Shown: positions 51,353 to 64,000, counted from the first letter of the stretch. The stretch is DNA of 64,000 nucleotides from Marsupella aquatica (GCA_973895155.1 OZ316892.1:6064747-6128746); one strand, 5' to 3'. Notes: a model not told the origin generated them from the sequence alone. Translations and numbers: made by a program.

Positions 51353-54300
51353 GATCCTGCCTTTTTAGTCCTTGGGTCCCAATACAAAAAACCTTTTTTG
51401 GGTGAGAAAGATTCATAGTAGTTGGATTCCATTAGCTATTTTTCTTAACCATTGATAAAGGAAATGTGTACCCCTGGTATATATGTGCTTTCCGCTGCCC
51501 CATAAATGCCACGACCCAGCTCCCTATGGGTCGTCTCTCCTTGTACCATGCAACGCGCGGGTATAGGGCTTGTATTTATATATGACATACCATTCTCCTT
51601 TCTATACACATGTGTAAATAAAAATCATGACAAAACTTATACATGGTTATCATTTGACCAATATCATAGCCATGAATTTCTCCTTCCACACGGTGAGCCA
51701 TAGAGTTAGAGTTTAGAAGCTTCACTCTAGAAGCCTAGGCCCCAACTCTTGGCACTGCACCGGATTCAGTTTTCCTCTGTTTCCAAACCTATGCCACAGA
51801 CTGCAAATTCACAAACAGCAAAGGTATATTTAAACGCAAAGTGAACTTAGATTGACCGTAATGTGTTGGAGTTAAGGAATACCTGGATCACATCTGAGGC
51901 GAAGTTCTATTCGAGTTCCTCACTTGCGTAACTGAACAGATTGTAAAGAATTGTCATGACTACAAAGCTCAACTTACTCCATGTCACTAGTCAACAACCT
52001 TGACATTCCCAGCTGCAATAGTCAATTGTGCAGTGTGTTCCTGGCCTACAATCCACTCTGTGATCTCGTCTGTGATCTCGTCTGTGATAACTCCGTAGTG
52101 TGAAGTGGTTAGCCATTTTGTAGGCCATTTACATATTGCTTTAAGGCATAGAAGCTATGTCAATGCTGGACCTCCGGAGGAGCAGACCCCAACCACACAC
52201 ATCAGTGATTATGCTAGACCATGGTCTCCAACAAAGCAATGACATTTGGGTGAGGCAACCGATTCGCATAAGATTTGTGGTACTCACGTTGTGAGACAGG
52301 CAGGCGAAGAGGGAGAGCCATGTGGGCATGCAGCAAATGACGATCCGTTGTAATTTTTCTTCCAAACTCCTAAGGCACATTTTGAAGCCTGGAAACTTGA
52401 CAATCTCAATGAATCACATGTCTTGGACGGAACCTTTTGGGAATTCCAAGTTGGTAAACTCTCGAGAGTGCAAGAGATCATCGCTTCTGAAGAGTACGCC
52501 AGTCTGTATATTCGATGCAATATTTCAAACAACCACTCGTTCTGACAACGGAGCGGCAGGCGGTGCCGGACGATGCATCTCTAAGGTCCAGGATTTGTTC
52601 CCATGTTCCTGCACCAATTGTACCTTACATATGAATCTAAATTGAGGGAATCGTTCTTCACAAGGTCCCCAACATAGCTAGTTTTTAGATTGCAACTAGG
52701 ACAGATTGTTTCATATAACGAGTGGATTGCAAGGGTTGGACTTTTACGAGTGTCCTCGACCTTGTCGTGAAGTAGACGTGACTAACAATTTTTAAGAGCT
52801 CAAAAATTGGGCTGCGTTCAAGAGTTAACTTTGTGTAGTTTCAGCGTCAGTTTCATTATTTTCTGTATTTTCTTCATCCCTTGTAACTTCTGTTTCAGGA
52901 AGACCTTAGAAGCTGCATTCTTGGCTTGCACATTTCCAGATAAAGAATTCAGACCACTGCGTATCCTTTGGACTAAGTCAGAAGCATCAAGTCTCGAACG
53001 GACTTTGGCTCCTACTGCCTTCAAAGATCTCCTTGATCTCCTATCCATGTTTTTTTTGCTCAATGCCTTGAATTAGCTACGATTACTGGTTATGAAATGG
53101 AGCTTTCTAAGGAAAGTATCGCACCGTTTACTTGTCCTCAATATACATTGTCATTCTGGAACATGCTTCATTCTTTGTTTCTGTAGTCATGGTATACCAC
53201 TGAACTCCTCACACCTTTAGCATCATACAGTTTCTGAAATATTCTTTTCATGCAGGTTCAAGTGCGATTTTGTACCGACTCTGGCGCACCTACAGCCACC
53301 TTTCAATGTCATGAAGCTGTATCAACGATGGATGTACTTTACAAACATTGAAGTTCCATAAATTGTTATTAAGTTTCAGCACTGAGCCGCTACAGGTAAA
53401 TGTTGTTGTGCAGAACATTTATATTCCTTCCTATTCCATAGTAGAGAAAGGGAACTACCAGAATGGCCCGACTAAACAGGCTTAGTCCATGACCAGCTGC
53501 CAAACCATATTGGCAAAACCCTTATGATCCACTTTATAGAAGTAGACCATCATGAAGTGCAATTTGTCAGCATGATTAAACTATTTTAACTAACCTCAAG
53601 GTTTTCTTGTGGAGTCTGACAAGTCTGACCACGGTAGTTCACCAAAGTACATTGACTGATTCTACCGAACATTACAAACAAGCAGAAAACATATTCATGA
53701 CACTTCCTGGCTAGACCAACGCCAGTCCTCATAAACGCTCAGAGAATTCAATGACCGCGGCGAAAATGTAACGCTCTTTTCTGTGTGAATGTTACATGCA
53801 CGTACAATGTATGGAGCCACGCTTTCTGGAACAAATCGGCAGCCTTACGATTTCACAACGCAGCACTCTCCTTCCAACCATCAATTAATCAATATTTATT
53901 TTGACAGTTACCTCACTACCTGATTTCGTAATGTCTGGATCAACAATCGTAAGGTCCTGACCTGTCCTGTACCTGACTTGAGACGAGATTCACATCTTCC
54001 TGCTTTACTGTCTGAACCGTACTTCCCACAGTAAGCTTTCTACAGTAACCTATCTACCTCCTGTTGGGTGGTTGGCTACACTCCCACAAAACCAAATCAC
54101 CTGTGATATAATTGTGATGGAATGATGGATTCAGTTGTTTGAGGTTTTCGGCACCAAAGCACTAAACCTCTCGTGAAGGCGGATCTTAAATCGTTTCCAA
54201 GCGGAGTGAACGATTTTCTGGCAGATCTGCCCTATTATTCGATTCGATTTAGTTTCGCTACCGACAAGAAAGGCTAGATTTGTTCCATTTGTTAATTATA

Positions 54301-54812
54301 GATACCTTCGGAGACCCATTTCTCCGCGTTTTATCAGCGCACAACTTCTAGCGACTCAAACTAAGTGCTCACCAGACCTAGACAACTTCCTGTCGGCTAG
54401 ATTGACAGCCTTTTCTGGACAGGCTTTATTCGGCAGACCCTGCTTCTCAAATTGATGTTTCTTATCTGAAAATCCCAGACATTCGGGCTGTCTTGAACAA
54501 TGATTAACTTTGCTTTGAAGGACAGCGTTGAAGAGAGAGTTGCAATCATATCGGAGAAAGATATCCTACTTCAATGAGGCCAGAAACTTCAGAAATATTG
54601 TGAAAGCCTTGACAAACAGAAAGGCCATGGTGTGCACATAGCAAAGAAGGTGACGGATGAGCAGAGGACGCTCTGAGAGGGAAGACGATTGTTTCAAGAG
54701 AGAAGTCTGGGGAGTAGTGACTTATTACTTGGACTCAGAAATCAAATCGGATGCAGTGCCATGTGCTTATCAAATTTCATTGAAGTTGAGGGTTTTTATG
54801 TTTGTTCCGTTT

Positions 54813-55122
54813 CTTCTAGTACTCATGTGCTCGTGAGCGATTTGAGTACAAAATGCGGCCCCGATGCCTTCAGTTGCCATATACAATATCTTCCAAGGCA
54901 AGCCACTCTTTTCATCAGTGGAAAACAATTCAGTAAGCAAGCTCCAAATTTGATAATCCAGAATGAAAATTCTTCTACTATTGTGCTCGTCAGCGATCAG
55001 AGTAGGAAATGCGCCCGATGCGCTCGGTTGCCACAAAATATCTTCAAAAGCAAGCCTCTCCATTCACGTGTACAGAGAAATTCAGTGAACAAACTCCAAA
55101 ATTCATTATCCAGAAAGAAAAC
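54813..55122. repeat. Degenerate ~158-bp tandem duplication
   Basis: tcttcta.tac..tgtgctcgt.agcgat..gagta..aaatgcg.cccgatgc...gttgcca...aatatcttc.aa.gcaagcc...aattcagt...ctccaaa.tt.at.atccagaa occurs twice. Confidence 0.85.
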
Positions 55123-56089
55123 ACTGGGCCCTGTAAATTTTACACGAGTCACACCCTAGTAATGGAATACAAAACAAGGCCCATAGATTTGTTCATTTAT
55201 GTTCTGATTGTTATAGACTAGACTTATCTGCAGTGCAGCCTTCGAAAAAGCCGTTTCCTTCCACTTCACGGGGAAAACGGCCATATAATGGCAAAAATTT
55301 CAAGCAATATAGTGGTCCACAATTGACTTAGGCGACCAACAAGTCGGTTCCATTATATGCCGAAATGATTGTAACTCGATTAGAATGTTGATGTGACTCA
55401 TCCTCACTTTAAAATGAGAAAGCAGCAAATGGATGTGCCACAGTTTGGTCATGGAGATCGCAACATTTGATTGTCACCTTTTGTGAAGTATGACGAAAGA
55501 AGATCATGATCATGTTGGTCCATCTCATCATACTCTGAATGATCACCCATAATATATGTCAACCTTCAGTTGGTGATCAAGTGACCCAAGTCCTCTGGTC
55601 GTCTATTGAGTTTCCTGATTCTTTCTACACCACATTCATGTAGAGTCTAGATTTGGATGTCAGCAGTCTTGGATTCCAACAACAGAAACATAGGTCAGCC
55701 GAATAGTGGCCAATCTTGCGCTTGCAATATCTGACTTCGAAAACTAAAGAAAGCCACAGACAACTTTGTTCAGAATTTAGGGTTGAACTCATCATCAGAA
55801 TTAACTGCGTCCCAAAACCTCCCTCTCCTATTGGTGCACTCTGGACAAAGTTCTTTGTGACCTCCTTTTAGTTCTTGAAGAAACATCTTCATCAATTCTG
55901 CATCTTATTGGTGCTGTCTGGGGCACTCTCTCCATCGCCAAGTAGTATCCATTCCACAACCACAACAAGAGATCCGCCAGTTCTGATCAACATTACCCAC
56001 CATGGTACACCCGTTATCCCTCAGCACAAGAAGGTGAGGGATAACTGCGAAGGCCGTTATTTCTGTAAAGAAGGTTAGATTGAACAGGT

Positions 56090-56783
56090 CGCTGTTCGGC
56101 TGGATGACAGGAAGAGGCCTGGATAGTTGGTGGACTAGTTTAAGAACCTCTAAAGATGGGCATAATGACATCTTCTGGAACAGGTCCAATTAGCTCATGA
56201 TTAAAGAGATTTTAGGAGTTGGACCATAGACAGCCATTCTTGTGATAAAAACTGTTCCCAATATCTCCCCCACCGGATGATCGTTACTGAGATCCAGATC
56301 TTTAAGTTGCCGTCGAAAGCATGTCGTTGACAGAGAAGTTCAGGACAACCCTAATGGAGTCTTCCCTGAAAAATGGTTGTTTGAGAAGTCGAGAACCTCT
56401 GCTTTCAAAAGAGAAGTTGTACTGGACGGAATCAAGAACTCTAGTCCATGACGGAGACAAAAAAATTATCCAGGACACTGTTGGTGCTCAGGAACCACTG
56501 GTCTCCTAACGCTGTGAAGGAGTGTCGATGTGAAGGAGTGTCGAGCTTCAGCTTCACAAGACTGGTCAACCTTGGGAGAGCAGGAATGCTACCATTCTAA
56601 GCATGAGGTTGAGAGTAGCAAGATTAGTCCATTCCCCAAACTATTTCGAAAGAGGGCCAAAAACTTAAGTGTCAGTAAGAGACTCCAAATTCTCCAAGCC
56701 ACGCAGTCTAGGGACTCACCGGAGAATTGCGTCAGCTGAAGAGACAAGAATCGTAGGCCCTGGCAGGCAGAAATATTGGTCAC
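56090..56783 (-). pseudogene. Decayed extracellular leucine-rich-repeat receptor (LRR-RLK/RLP) fragment
   Basis: Plant-type LRR units across frames: NISACQGLRFLSLQLTQFSG, LKFLALFRNSLG, AEVLDFSNNHFSGKTP, QLKDLDLSNDHPVGEI, NLFNHELIGPVPED and CPSLEVLKLVHQLSRPLP. Multiple stops and frameshifts. It may extend down to ~55400. Confidence 0.65.
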
Positions 56784-57099
56784 TCCCCTGCCAACAATTC
56801 ATTTCGTTGAAACTACAAAGGGTGCGAAATTCGCAAGTTTAATTCTGCGCATATCAGCAACAAGAGCCACAGGAAACGTGTAGAGAGTGAGAAGAGGGCT
56901 GAATGAAACGAGGTCAATTCTAGAGTACAGGAATCGTACCAATAAATTCCAGACAGCAATCACTGCCTACAAGTTTGATTCCACTAAACAATTTCTCGTG
57001 CTCTGGTGCTCGCCAGTTTGCTACATTATCGGATGAGAGGAGACAGGAAAGGGAAAGTCCAAGGTGTGATGTTCTGTGCGCCTCCAGGCGGTCTCCGTC

Positions 57100-58345
57100 T
57101 CTTGGTCCTGCCGCCCGTAGGGCTCCGAGAAATCGAGCAGCCCACAAACAGGAGAAGCAGAGCAGCCGACATCGGAAGCGTGCAGCACACATTATGTGCC
57201 TCAATTGCGCGTAGAGCGAAATGGTGTTTCATTCTCGCACTACGTGAACACCACGTTGAGCCTTGCCGTTTCTTTCCTGGAAACAAAGCCGAAAGACTGC
57301 TGAGACAAGAAAGCTGTCGCACAATCAGAACGTAGATCCCAGCAAACTCGCTCGATAGACTTGGTCCTCCCACCGTAGGGCTCCGAGAAATCGAGCAGCC
57401 CACAGACAGAAGAAGCACAGCAGCCCGACATCGAAATGACGGCAGCGCACACGATGTGCCTCAATCTCAATACTCCGCGTACAAAGAAATCATGTTCCCT
57501 TCCGGCACTACTGTACGTGAACAGCACGCTGAGCCGTGCCGTTTATTTCCAGGTAACGAAGCCGAAAGGCAGGCTGCTGCTGATACAAGAAACCTTTTGC
57601 ATAGATCCAGCAAAACTCGTTCGACACAATAATACATCCTCTCACCGAAGGGCTCAGAGAAATCGAGCAGCCCACAATTGGAGAATCGGGAGCAGCCGCG
57701 ATGGAAATACAGCACCAGACTCCCATGTGCCTCAACCTCAACAGTTCGCCTAAAGAAAAATCGTGTTCCCTTGTGGCCTTGTGGCACTACCCCCCGAACA
57801 CAGTGAGTTGTGTTCTAAAATGAATTTTTAAATTTTTTTTAGGTCTCCTGAAGAAAAAGTATTATTTTTTTCAAACTGAAAATGTCAGTTTAACACACCT
57901 CCTGGGAGGTTGTGTTTGAATATTGGTGTTTTGTTGCCTTGTGTTTGAATATTGGTGGTTGTGTTTGAATATTGGTGTTTTGTTGCCTTGTGTTTGAATA
58001 TTGGTGTTGTGTTCGAGTTGGACAATGGGTTAGAGATGTGACCCTAAATTGTTCTACATTGAACACAAATAGTCAAAACTTCAAGAAGCATATGCCAATG
58101 ACAATATTCAAACACAACATCAATATTTGAACACAACAGTGCCCTGTAAATACAAAAAATGAAAACACAATCAAAACTCGAATACACCGCCCCCGGGCAC
58201 ACTATTTGATTAGAGCACCCCATGGCCCACTATTCAAATACACAGCCATGGCATTGTGTTCAAGGGAAGACGGTAGGTGGACAGCATGCTCAGGCTGGAC
58301 GTTTATTTCCTGGTAACGAAGCCAAAAGCTGCTCATACACAAAAA
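57100..58345. repeat. Three-unit ~260-275-bp tandem repeat; the third unit is interrupted by a MITE
   Basis: agggctc.gagaaatcgagcagcccaca anchors at ~57119, ~57377 and ~57649. The gttt.tttcc.gg.aac.aagcc block occurs at ~57268, ~57541 and, after the MITE, ~58301. Confidence 0.88.
57790..58273. mobile_element. Tc1/mariner (pogo-like) MITE, copy 3
   Basis: TA|CCCCCCGAACACAG (left TIR with ~6-nt deletion) ... GGCATTGTGTTCAAGGGAAGACGG|TA. The interior is homologous to copies 1 and 2, with internal ttgtgtttgaatattggtg repeats. Confidence 0.88.
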
Positions 58346-61300
58346 CAGATTTCGCCTGAGCACACAAGGAATCGCATTCCTTTTCAGGTTTCATGCAGGA
58401 GATGATGGTGTCTGTCAAGAAGAAAATGGTTTGCATAACAGTGTCTTAGTAAGTGCACATCAAAATATGACATGTATCATCCCTCCATATCATGATAAAC
58501 CTCATTGTTTTTTTTAAATCAATGAGTGCACGCCATATATTACCACATTTTGATATGTGATTAGCAGGGCACGTTCAAAACGGCAAAATCCGGCCCAATT
58601 CCAAACACGGAAGTATTGTATAGTCTGCTGTGCCTAAGTGCATGCTCCTAGGAAGACACTCCAAGCCAGCACTTATCCACATTATGCACTTTATCATAAG
58701 TGTATGCCTGTTGCACTTCTCCATATGTGTCTGTTGCACTTTCCAATAAGTGCTTATAAAATCACTTATGCACTTCCACAAATGTCTTGTCAGGTCAAAC
58801 ACATCAATTTTTCATACCCAGAATCCTTGTAGTGCACAATTCAACTAGATAGTGCATGAAACTACTAGTTGTCTGCTGCATTTATCAATAAATGCTTCAA
58901 CATATGTGTTGCAGTCATTGATTAATGCATTTGTACTCTTTTAGACAGAAAATGTCTTTATGTATTTATTGTTTAGTGCTGGGAAACTTGCACTTACAGA
59001 CCGTGCATTTTTTGGTGCATTTACAAAAGAATTTGCTCTATTATTGAGGGACTACACAACCACCCCGCACTTTCTCACGGAATGCAGTTATACATGTTGC
59101 ACTTATCAATGATAGACTGTACACTACAGCAATACACTTACTTTTTTAGTTTTTAACAAAAGTACTTTGCCACTAATGAGAAAGCTCGGGGGTTTGTTTT
59201 GCTCATCCCCATGGCCTGTGACACACACTGTTTTACTTTACACCCAAAATTCACATTGTCAGGCCATCTTAAGAAGGAAGCTTCACTTTTAAGGACGCCC
59301 CAAGTAGTTTTCTAGGTGTTTTGACCAACTCTGAAATTATAGTTTTCAACACACTTGTGCATTTATTTAAACAACTTTGGGATCTCTGTTTCATCTAAAA
59401 CTTTTCCAGCATGTTCTGTGATGTCCAATGTATTACCTGACAAAGTCCTGGCAAAGGTTTTCTTTTAACCCTTAGGTCCATTTGCTGATGAGTGCAAAGA
59501 TGATCAAATATTATAAACTAACCGCCAACAGACAGTTCACTTTGGTGAAGAATGCCCTCAGTACTTGGGCACAAGCACCAGCTTACCACTTTGGGAAAGG
59601 ATGCTTCACTTTTATGAAGAATGCCCTGAGTAGTTTGCATGAGCCGCGACTTACAGGTCACATATGAGTCAAAACTGTAAAGAGTACTGTCTTAGCAAAT
59701 TTTGATCTTCTGAGTCAATCCATCCCAACTTTGGAGATCAATCCATGGGGCTTCAGAGCAAACCCCTCCGTCCATCCAGGCTTTACTTCCCACTAAAGAT
59801 GTTCCCATATTCCAATTGACAGTACCTTTGCTCTTTTTTAATAATTATGTCATGATTACATATATCTAGAGGTATATGCTTAACAACCTCCAGACAACAG
59901 TTTCTTGATAATCAGTGCATTATAAGTATGACACCAAATGAAATTGTGGGTACTTTTATGTTTGAAGACCAAACTAGTATGGTCTTCAATTGTTTAGGGG
60001 TTAGGTCTTCATGCATCTGAAGTTTGATTAGAGGTAGGAAATTTGAGCTGCTATCTTTATAATGTTCATCGTTGCTTTGTCAGGAATCTTCCTTTGTGCA
60101 TTCCACCAGGGACAGATCTGTTCGTGTATCTCTCCCACAGACAAACACTTTGCTGGATTTCTTTGATAAACAGGCTGCACACTTTTGTTAAAAAAATCAT
60201 TAAATGCTTTCAACCCCATTTTTAACCTTTATACCACACTACCATTAATGACAGCCAAGAATCCAAACACTCGTCAAATTCTTCAAAATCTTTGTTATTT
60301 TTGCAAGCCCTTTTGAATTTGAGTTGCATCATGTATCCTCAACAAAGCAGCGAGGAGCATAGAAATTGAAGTGGATATAGGAGAATACGCAATAAATAAA
60401 ATATCAAGAATGATTGATGTCAACATTAAATTGTTACACACCTTGTTGTGGGTTTTCTTATCAAATATCCTAGCCACATGCTAAATCCATGTGCGACTGC
60501 ATCTCATTTTTTGGCGCACTCTATCCTGTGGTGGTAACTTCTCATATTCAAAAATGTTCACTTCATACATATCCCCTCTAAGCCAAAGTTGCACAGTGAC
60601 ATTGTCCTCTCCAACAACTCATTTCACTAAGCCTACCTCACAACACTATAGTGCCACCCAGATAGCATGTGAACACTGACCAGAAGACACTCACTTGCCT
60701 CAAGTACAATAAATTAATTTCCCTAAACCCTATGACTTGAGTTGTGCTGACAAAATGAGAAACAATGAACATGATCTAGATCACATTTTGTAAGGACAAT
60801 TTGAAAATGAACATTTGAAGACATTACACATATTGTCTTCATATCATTTTTAGAAAACTTGGTAGTCGTACTATTGGCCAGCCCTAAACCAGTGGTTGAC
60901 GGTTTGGTCAAGTTGCTTGCACCCATGGAAAGGTTCAGGTAGACTTCAATTGCAATACACAATTATGTCATGAATTGGGTTCGCATTCTCATATGCCATA
61001 GTACATAGTACAATCCCTGTACAAGAACATTTCACCAGAAACTCTTTGACGGGGTCGATTGAGTAACAAATGGACTTTGGGGGTTGATCAAACAAGAAAA
61101 TATTGTTTGGGGGTCTATTATATCTCTTCACTCACTTGTAATAAATTTGCTCTCCCACAATGCCCGGCACTTGCTTTCTGTCTTGCGTCCCCCGTCCTCC
61201 ACACACTCGCCCTCTCCAACAACATCACTTTCACAACAACAACATATAAGTAAAATGCCAACATTGTCTCACCAACAACCATGCACCCAAATGACACTTC

Positions 61301-62959
61301 CACAACTATAACATCAAGTACCATAATAGCTAATCTCGTCAAAAGTGGTGGGTTGTCTGTTAACGATGTTGTTTGAATCCTGCAAATGGTTGGGATAGGG
61401 ACAAACTTTTAATTAATGCTTGTTTTCTTGTGTGTTTTGCAACACCATTGTTTGGCGTCCCACTAATTTGACATCAAAATGTGACAATATAAGGTGTACT
61501 ATATGATCACTCCATATCATGATAAATCAAAATATTTTGTTGAATTTATTGAATGTGATTCTAAATATGTATCTGGATGCCGGCTTCTGAAGTGCAATTA
61601 CTGAGACACTTGTACTACTTTTTGACTTGACGATAAAAATGTGCACATCAAAAGGCAATAACTCCAAGTCACGTGTTTGTTTTTTTTGTTGCTTTTTCTT
61701 GGGAAATCTGTGAAACCTCACAGAAAGGGAAAAATCAATCACAACTGACAATTGAACCCAAGACCTATGAATCACTACTTAAGTGAGCTACCTCACAACC
61801 ATGCCTCTCTGGGCACACGGTGGCAATTCCCTATATTCTCAAAAGCAAAAACTTTGGTAGTCCATTTACAAAATGAGAAAAAAGAAGGCCAATCCTGACC
61901 CTTCATAAATAATAATTTTTTTTGCACCTTCACATCCAACCAAACACTCTCCTATCTCAAATGTTTATCCAAACTGCCCGACATGTGCCCTAAACTTGCC
62001 AAATGATGAGGGAACGCAAAACATGATGCAGGTATTTTGAACAGTAACATATCACAAAATAGATGTCTTAACCCTCAATCCATACTTTCCAGTTACTCCC
62101 CCACCTATGCATGAAACCTTTGATGTGCTAAGAATGTCCGGAAGAATGTCTATAAACATTTTCAAAAGATCTTTCCAATGAGCCCAACATTGGTCAAATA
62201 TCATCCAGTATGGAAAAGATCACTACAGTAAAAAGAAATTTGTTTCTCTGCCTTTTTCTGGAAGTCTAGCTATGGAGCCAACAAAAAATGATTTTCACAT
62301 TTACTGCTGGTCTCTTCATGGAATATTTTGTGCATGGAATTGTAATAGCCAGTTTGAAAGATGTTTCCAATGAGCCTAACATTTCAAGATTGTGTTGAAC
62401 AGCTCACAAATCTTGAGTGGTTCTACCTTTCCTTGAACAAAACCCTAAAACTTGGCCAAAAAAGTTCACATTTTCTCAAGAGCATAGAAAATTACCATGT
62501 TTTGTCCTACTCGCAAGTTATGGCCAGTGGCGGTTTAACAAGACTAGCCCCATGACCAGTTCACTGAAGGTAAATAGATATGAAAAAAAATCTTAATTTA
62601 TATATGCTTGTTTGGTTAGTCTTTGTCCCATCCTTGTTTTTTGTCCATCCTCACATCAGTTTTGTATTTTTAGAGTTAATGTCACTTTTGTCCGTTCTCA
62701 TTTAAAATTAAATTTTGATCTTATTGAATCTCATTATCAGTTTTGTTGTATTGGGAGTTAAGGTCTAGAGGCTTCACTCTAGACTTAGGCCCTTAAGAGT
62801 AGGCTTCAGTGGGGCTTTTATAATATGATGTTGAGCCTGGCTATTGAGGCGTTTCACTCTGCACTCACACACTCCCAGACGAGACCATCGGTCGTAAATT
62901 GAACGGCTGGTTACATGCAAGATGCCTCACATGCAAGACACCTCTCAGACACGTAGAGT

Positions 62960-63480
62960 GTAGTTTCTTTTGCCAGGCCAATCAAGCAATCTGATCCAGT
63001 CTCGCCCATCTCATTAAATAGGAAGACAGAGAGTTCACAAATATACAAAGAGAAGAATCTTGCAGGTATTTAGAAGTCAAGTTTTCTTCTCCCTGGCTAA
63101 TCAAGCAATCTGCTTGAGTCGAGGCTCGAATCGATAGCCCATTTCGTTAGACTAGTCAGAGGGAGAGAGTGCCGCCTATTTCCCTAGGCGTTCTCTTCCA
63201 CAAAGTTCAGAAGTATGCAACGAGAAAAGAGTAAAATCTTGCAGGGATTTTAGTTAGTTTAGACACAGTCAATTTCCTTTTCCCTGGCCAATCAAGCAAT
63301 ATTCTCACTCAATTGCCCATTTCGTTAGACAGAGTCAGAGAGATAGTGCCGCCCATGTCTCTGGGCATTCTCGTCAATACAGTTCAGAAATATGCGAATA
63401 GAAAAGAGAAAAATCTTGCAGGGACACACGTTAGCCAGAGTCAGTTTTCTTCTGCCTGGCCAATCAAGCAACCTGTTCAA
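62960..63480. repeat. Degenerate tandem array (about 3.5 units, 120-190 bp), each unit containing ggc(c/t)aatcaagcaa
   Basis: The motif lies at ~62976, ~63095, ~63285 and ~63458. gcccatttcgttagac and aatcttgcagg blocks also repeat. Confidence 0.85.
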
Positions 63481-63506
63481 ATCGTTTGGTCGTTTGGTCA
63501 CTTCCT

Positions 63507-63507
<1 letters not shown>

Positions 63508-63547
<40 letters not shown>
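63508..63547. repeat. (GA)n microsatellite, about 20 units
   Basis: Perfect GA run directly after the tandem array. Confidence 0.95.
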
Positions 63548-63549
<2 letters not shown>

Positions 63550-64000
63550 CATCGAGGGCGGTGAAAAGCTTGCAGTTGGAAGCATTCAGTGGTGAGACAG
63601 AATGCTGACCTTTGCAGGACTACGACTCCTCGTCCACCGTGCATTAGAGCCACCGGCCATGTCCACGTGAGTGATGAGAGTGTGCACTTAGTGTTCAATT
63701 GACCGTGATGTACCTCCTCACTGGCACTTTTGCAGGGTCAAATTAGTTTTCCAACCACGCCTGGCAGTGTGAAACGGAATTAACTCTCTAATTATCAACC
63801 GCACCTGGCTTTACAATGTGAAACGGACTTAACTATCTAATTATCACACTGAACTCGGGCATCAGAATCACGCGTGATGAGTCTGTTATAGAAAGAATTG
63901 TTTTTTTGTTATTGACGTGTCTTCCAACGTAACCAAAGCTATGAACTGTTCGCAATTATTTTTTTATTATGGTCACATTTCATATGGTTTGTTAGGGGTT

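Noticed and set aside
1-64000. Window-wide enrichment of TAC(A/T)GTA footprints
   Set aside because: I counted about 14 by eye. A rough base-composition expectation is about 12, so enrichment cannot be claimed without a proper k-mer model. Only the 57509 case has contextual support.

Overview
Eukaryotic nuclear DNA from a land plant. It is probably a bryophyte such as a liverwort; this is an inference from the intron-rich plant genes plus a gene with ciliary/axonemal features, which implies flagellated sperm. Four apparently intact multi-exon genes can be spliced by eye. They are plastid DXS (19592-24536, +, 10 exons, one GC-AG intron), a ~1580-aa coiled-coil/EF-hand protein with a p28/DNALI1-like axonemal dynein light-chain motif (28896-38954, +), an ankyrin-repeat/PGG-type membrane protein (40891-44323, +) and an ANGULATA10-like chloroplast protein (47251-51070, -). 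Three broken genes lie between or beside them: a GDPD-like (SHV3-family) pseudogene, a 5'-truncated P-type ATPase with a prokaryote-like TM6 motif, and an LRR receptor relic. Mobile DNA includes three copies of a TA-flanked Tc1/mariner-type MITE, a copia-type solo LTR with a perfect 5-bp TSD, an L1 LINE fragment and a Harbinger Myb-like relic, plus many local tandem duplications. The most striking observation is at 57100-58345, where three paralogous tandem-repeat units preserve an empty site, an excision-footprint-like TA-CTG-TA and the full MITE at the same TA. I found no CRISPR, rRNA or tRNA, and no wholly new multi-gene system that I can support. All homology calls come from motif recall, not database searches.
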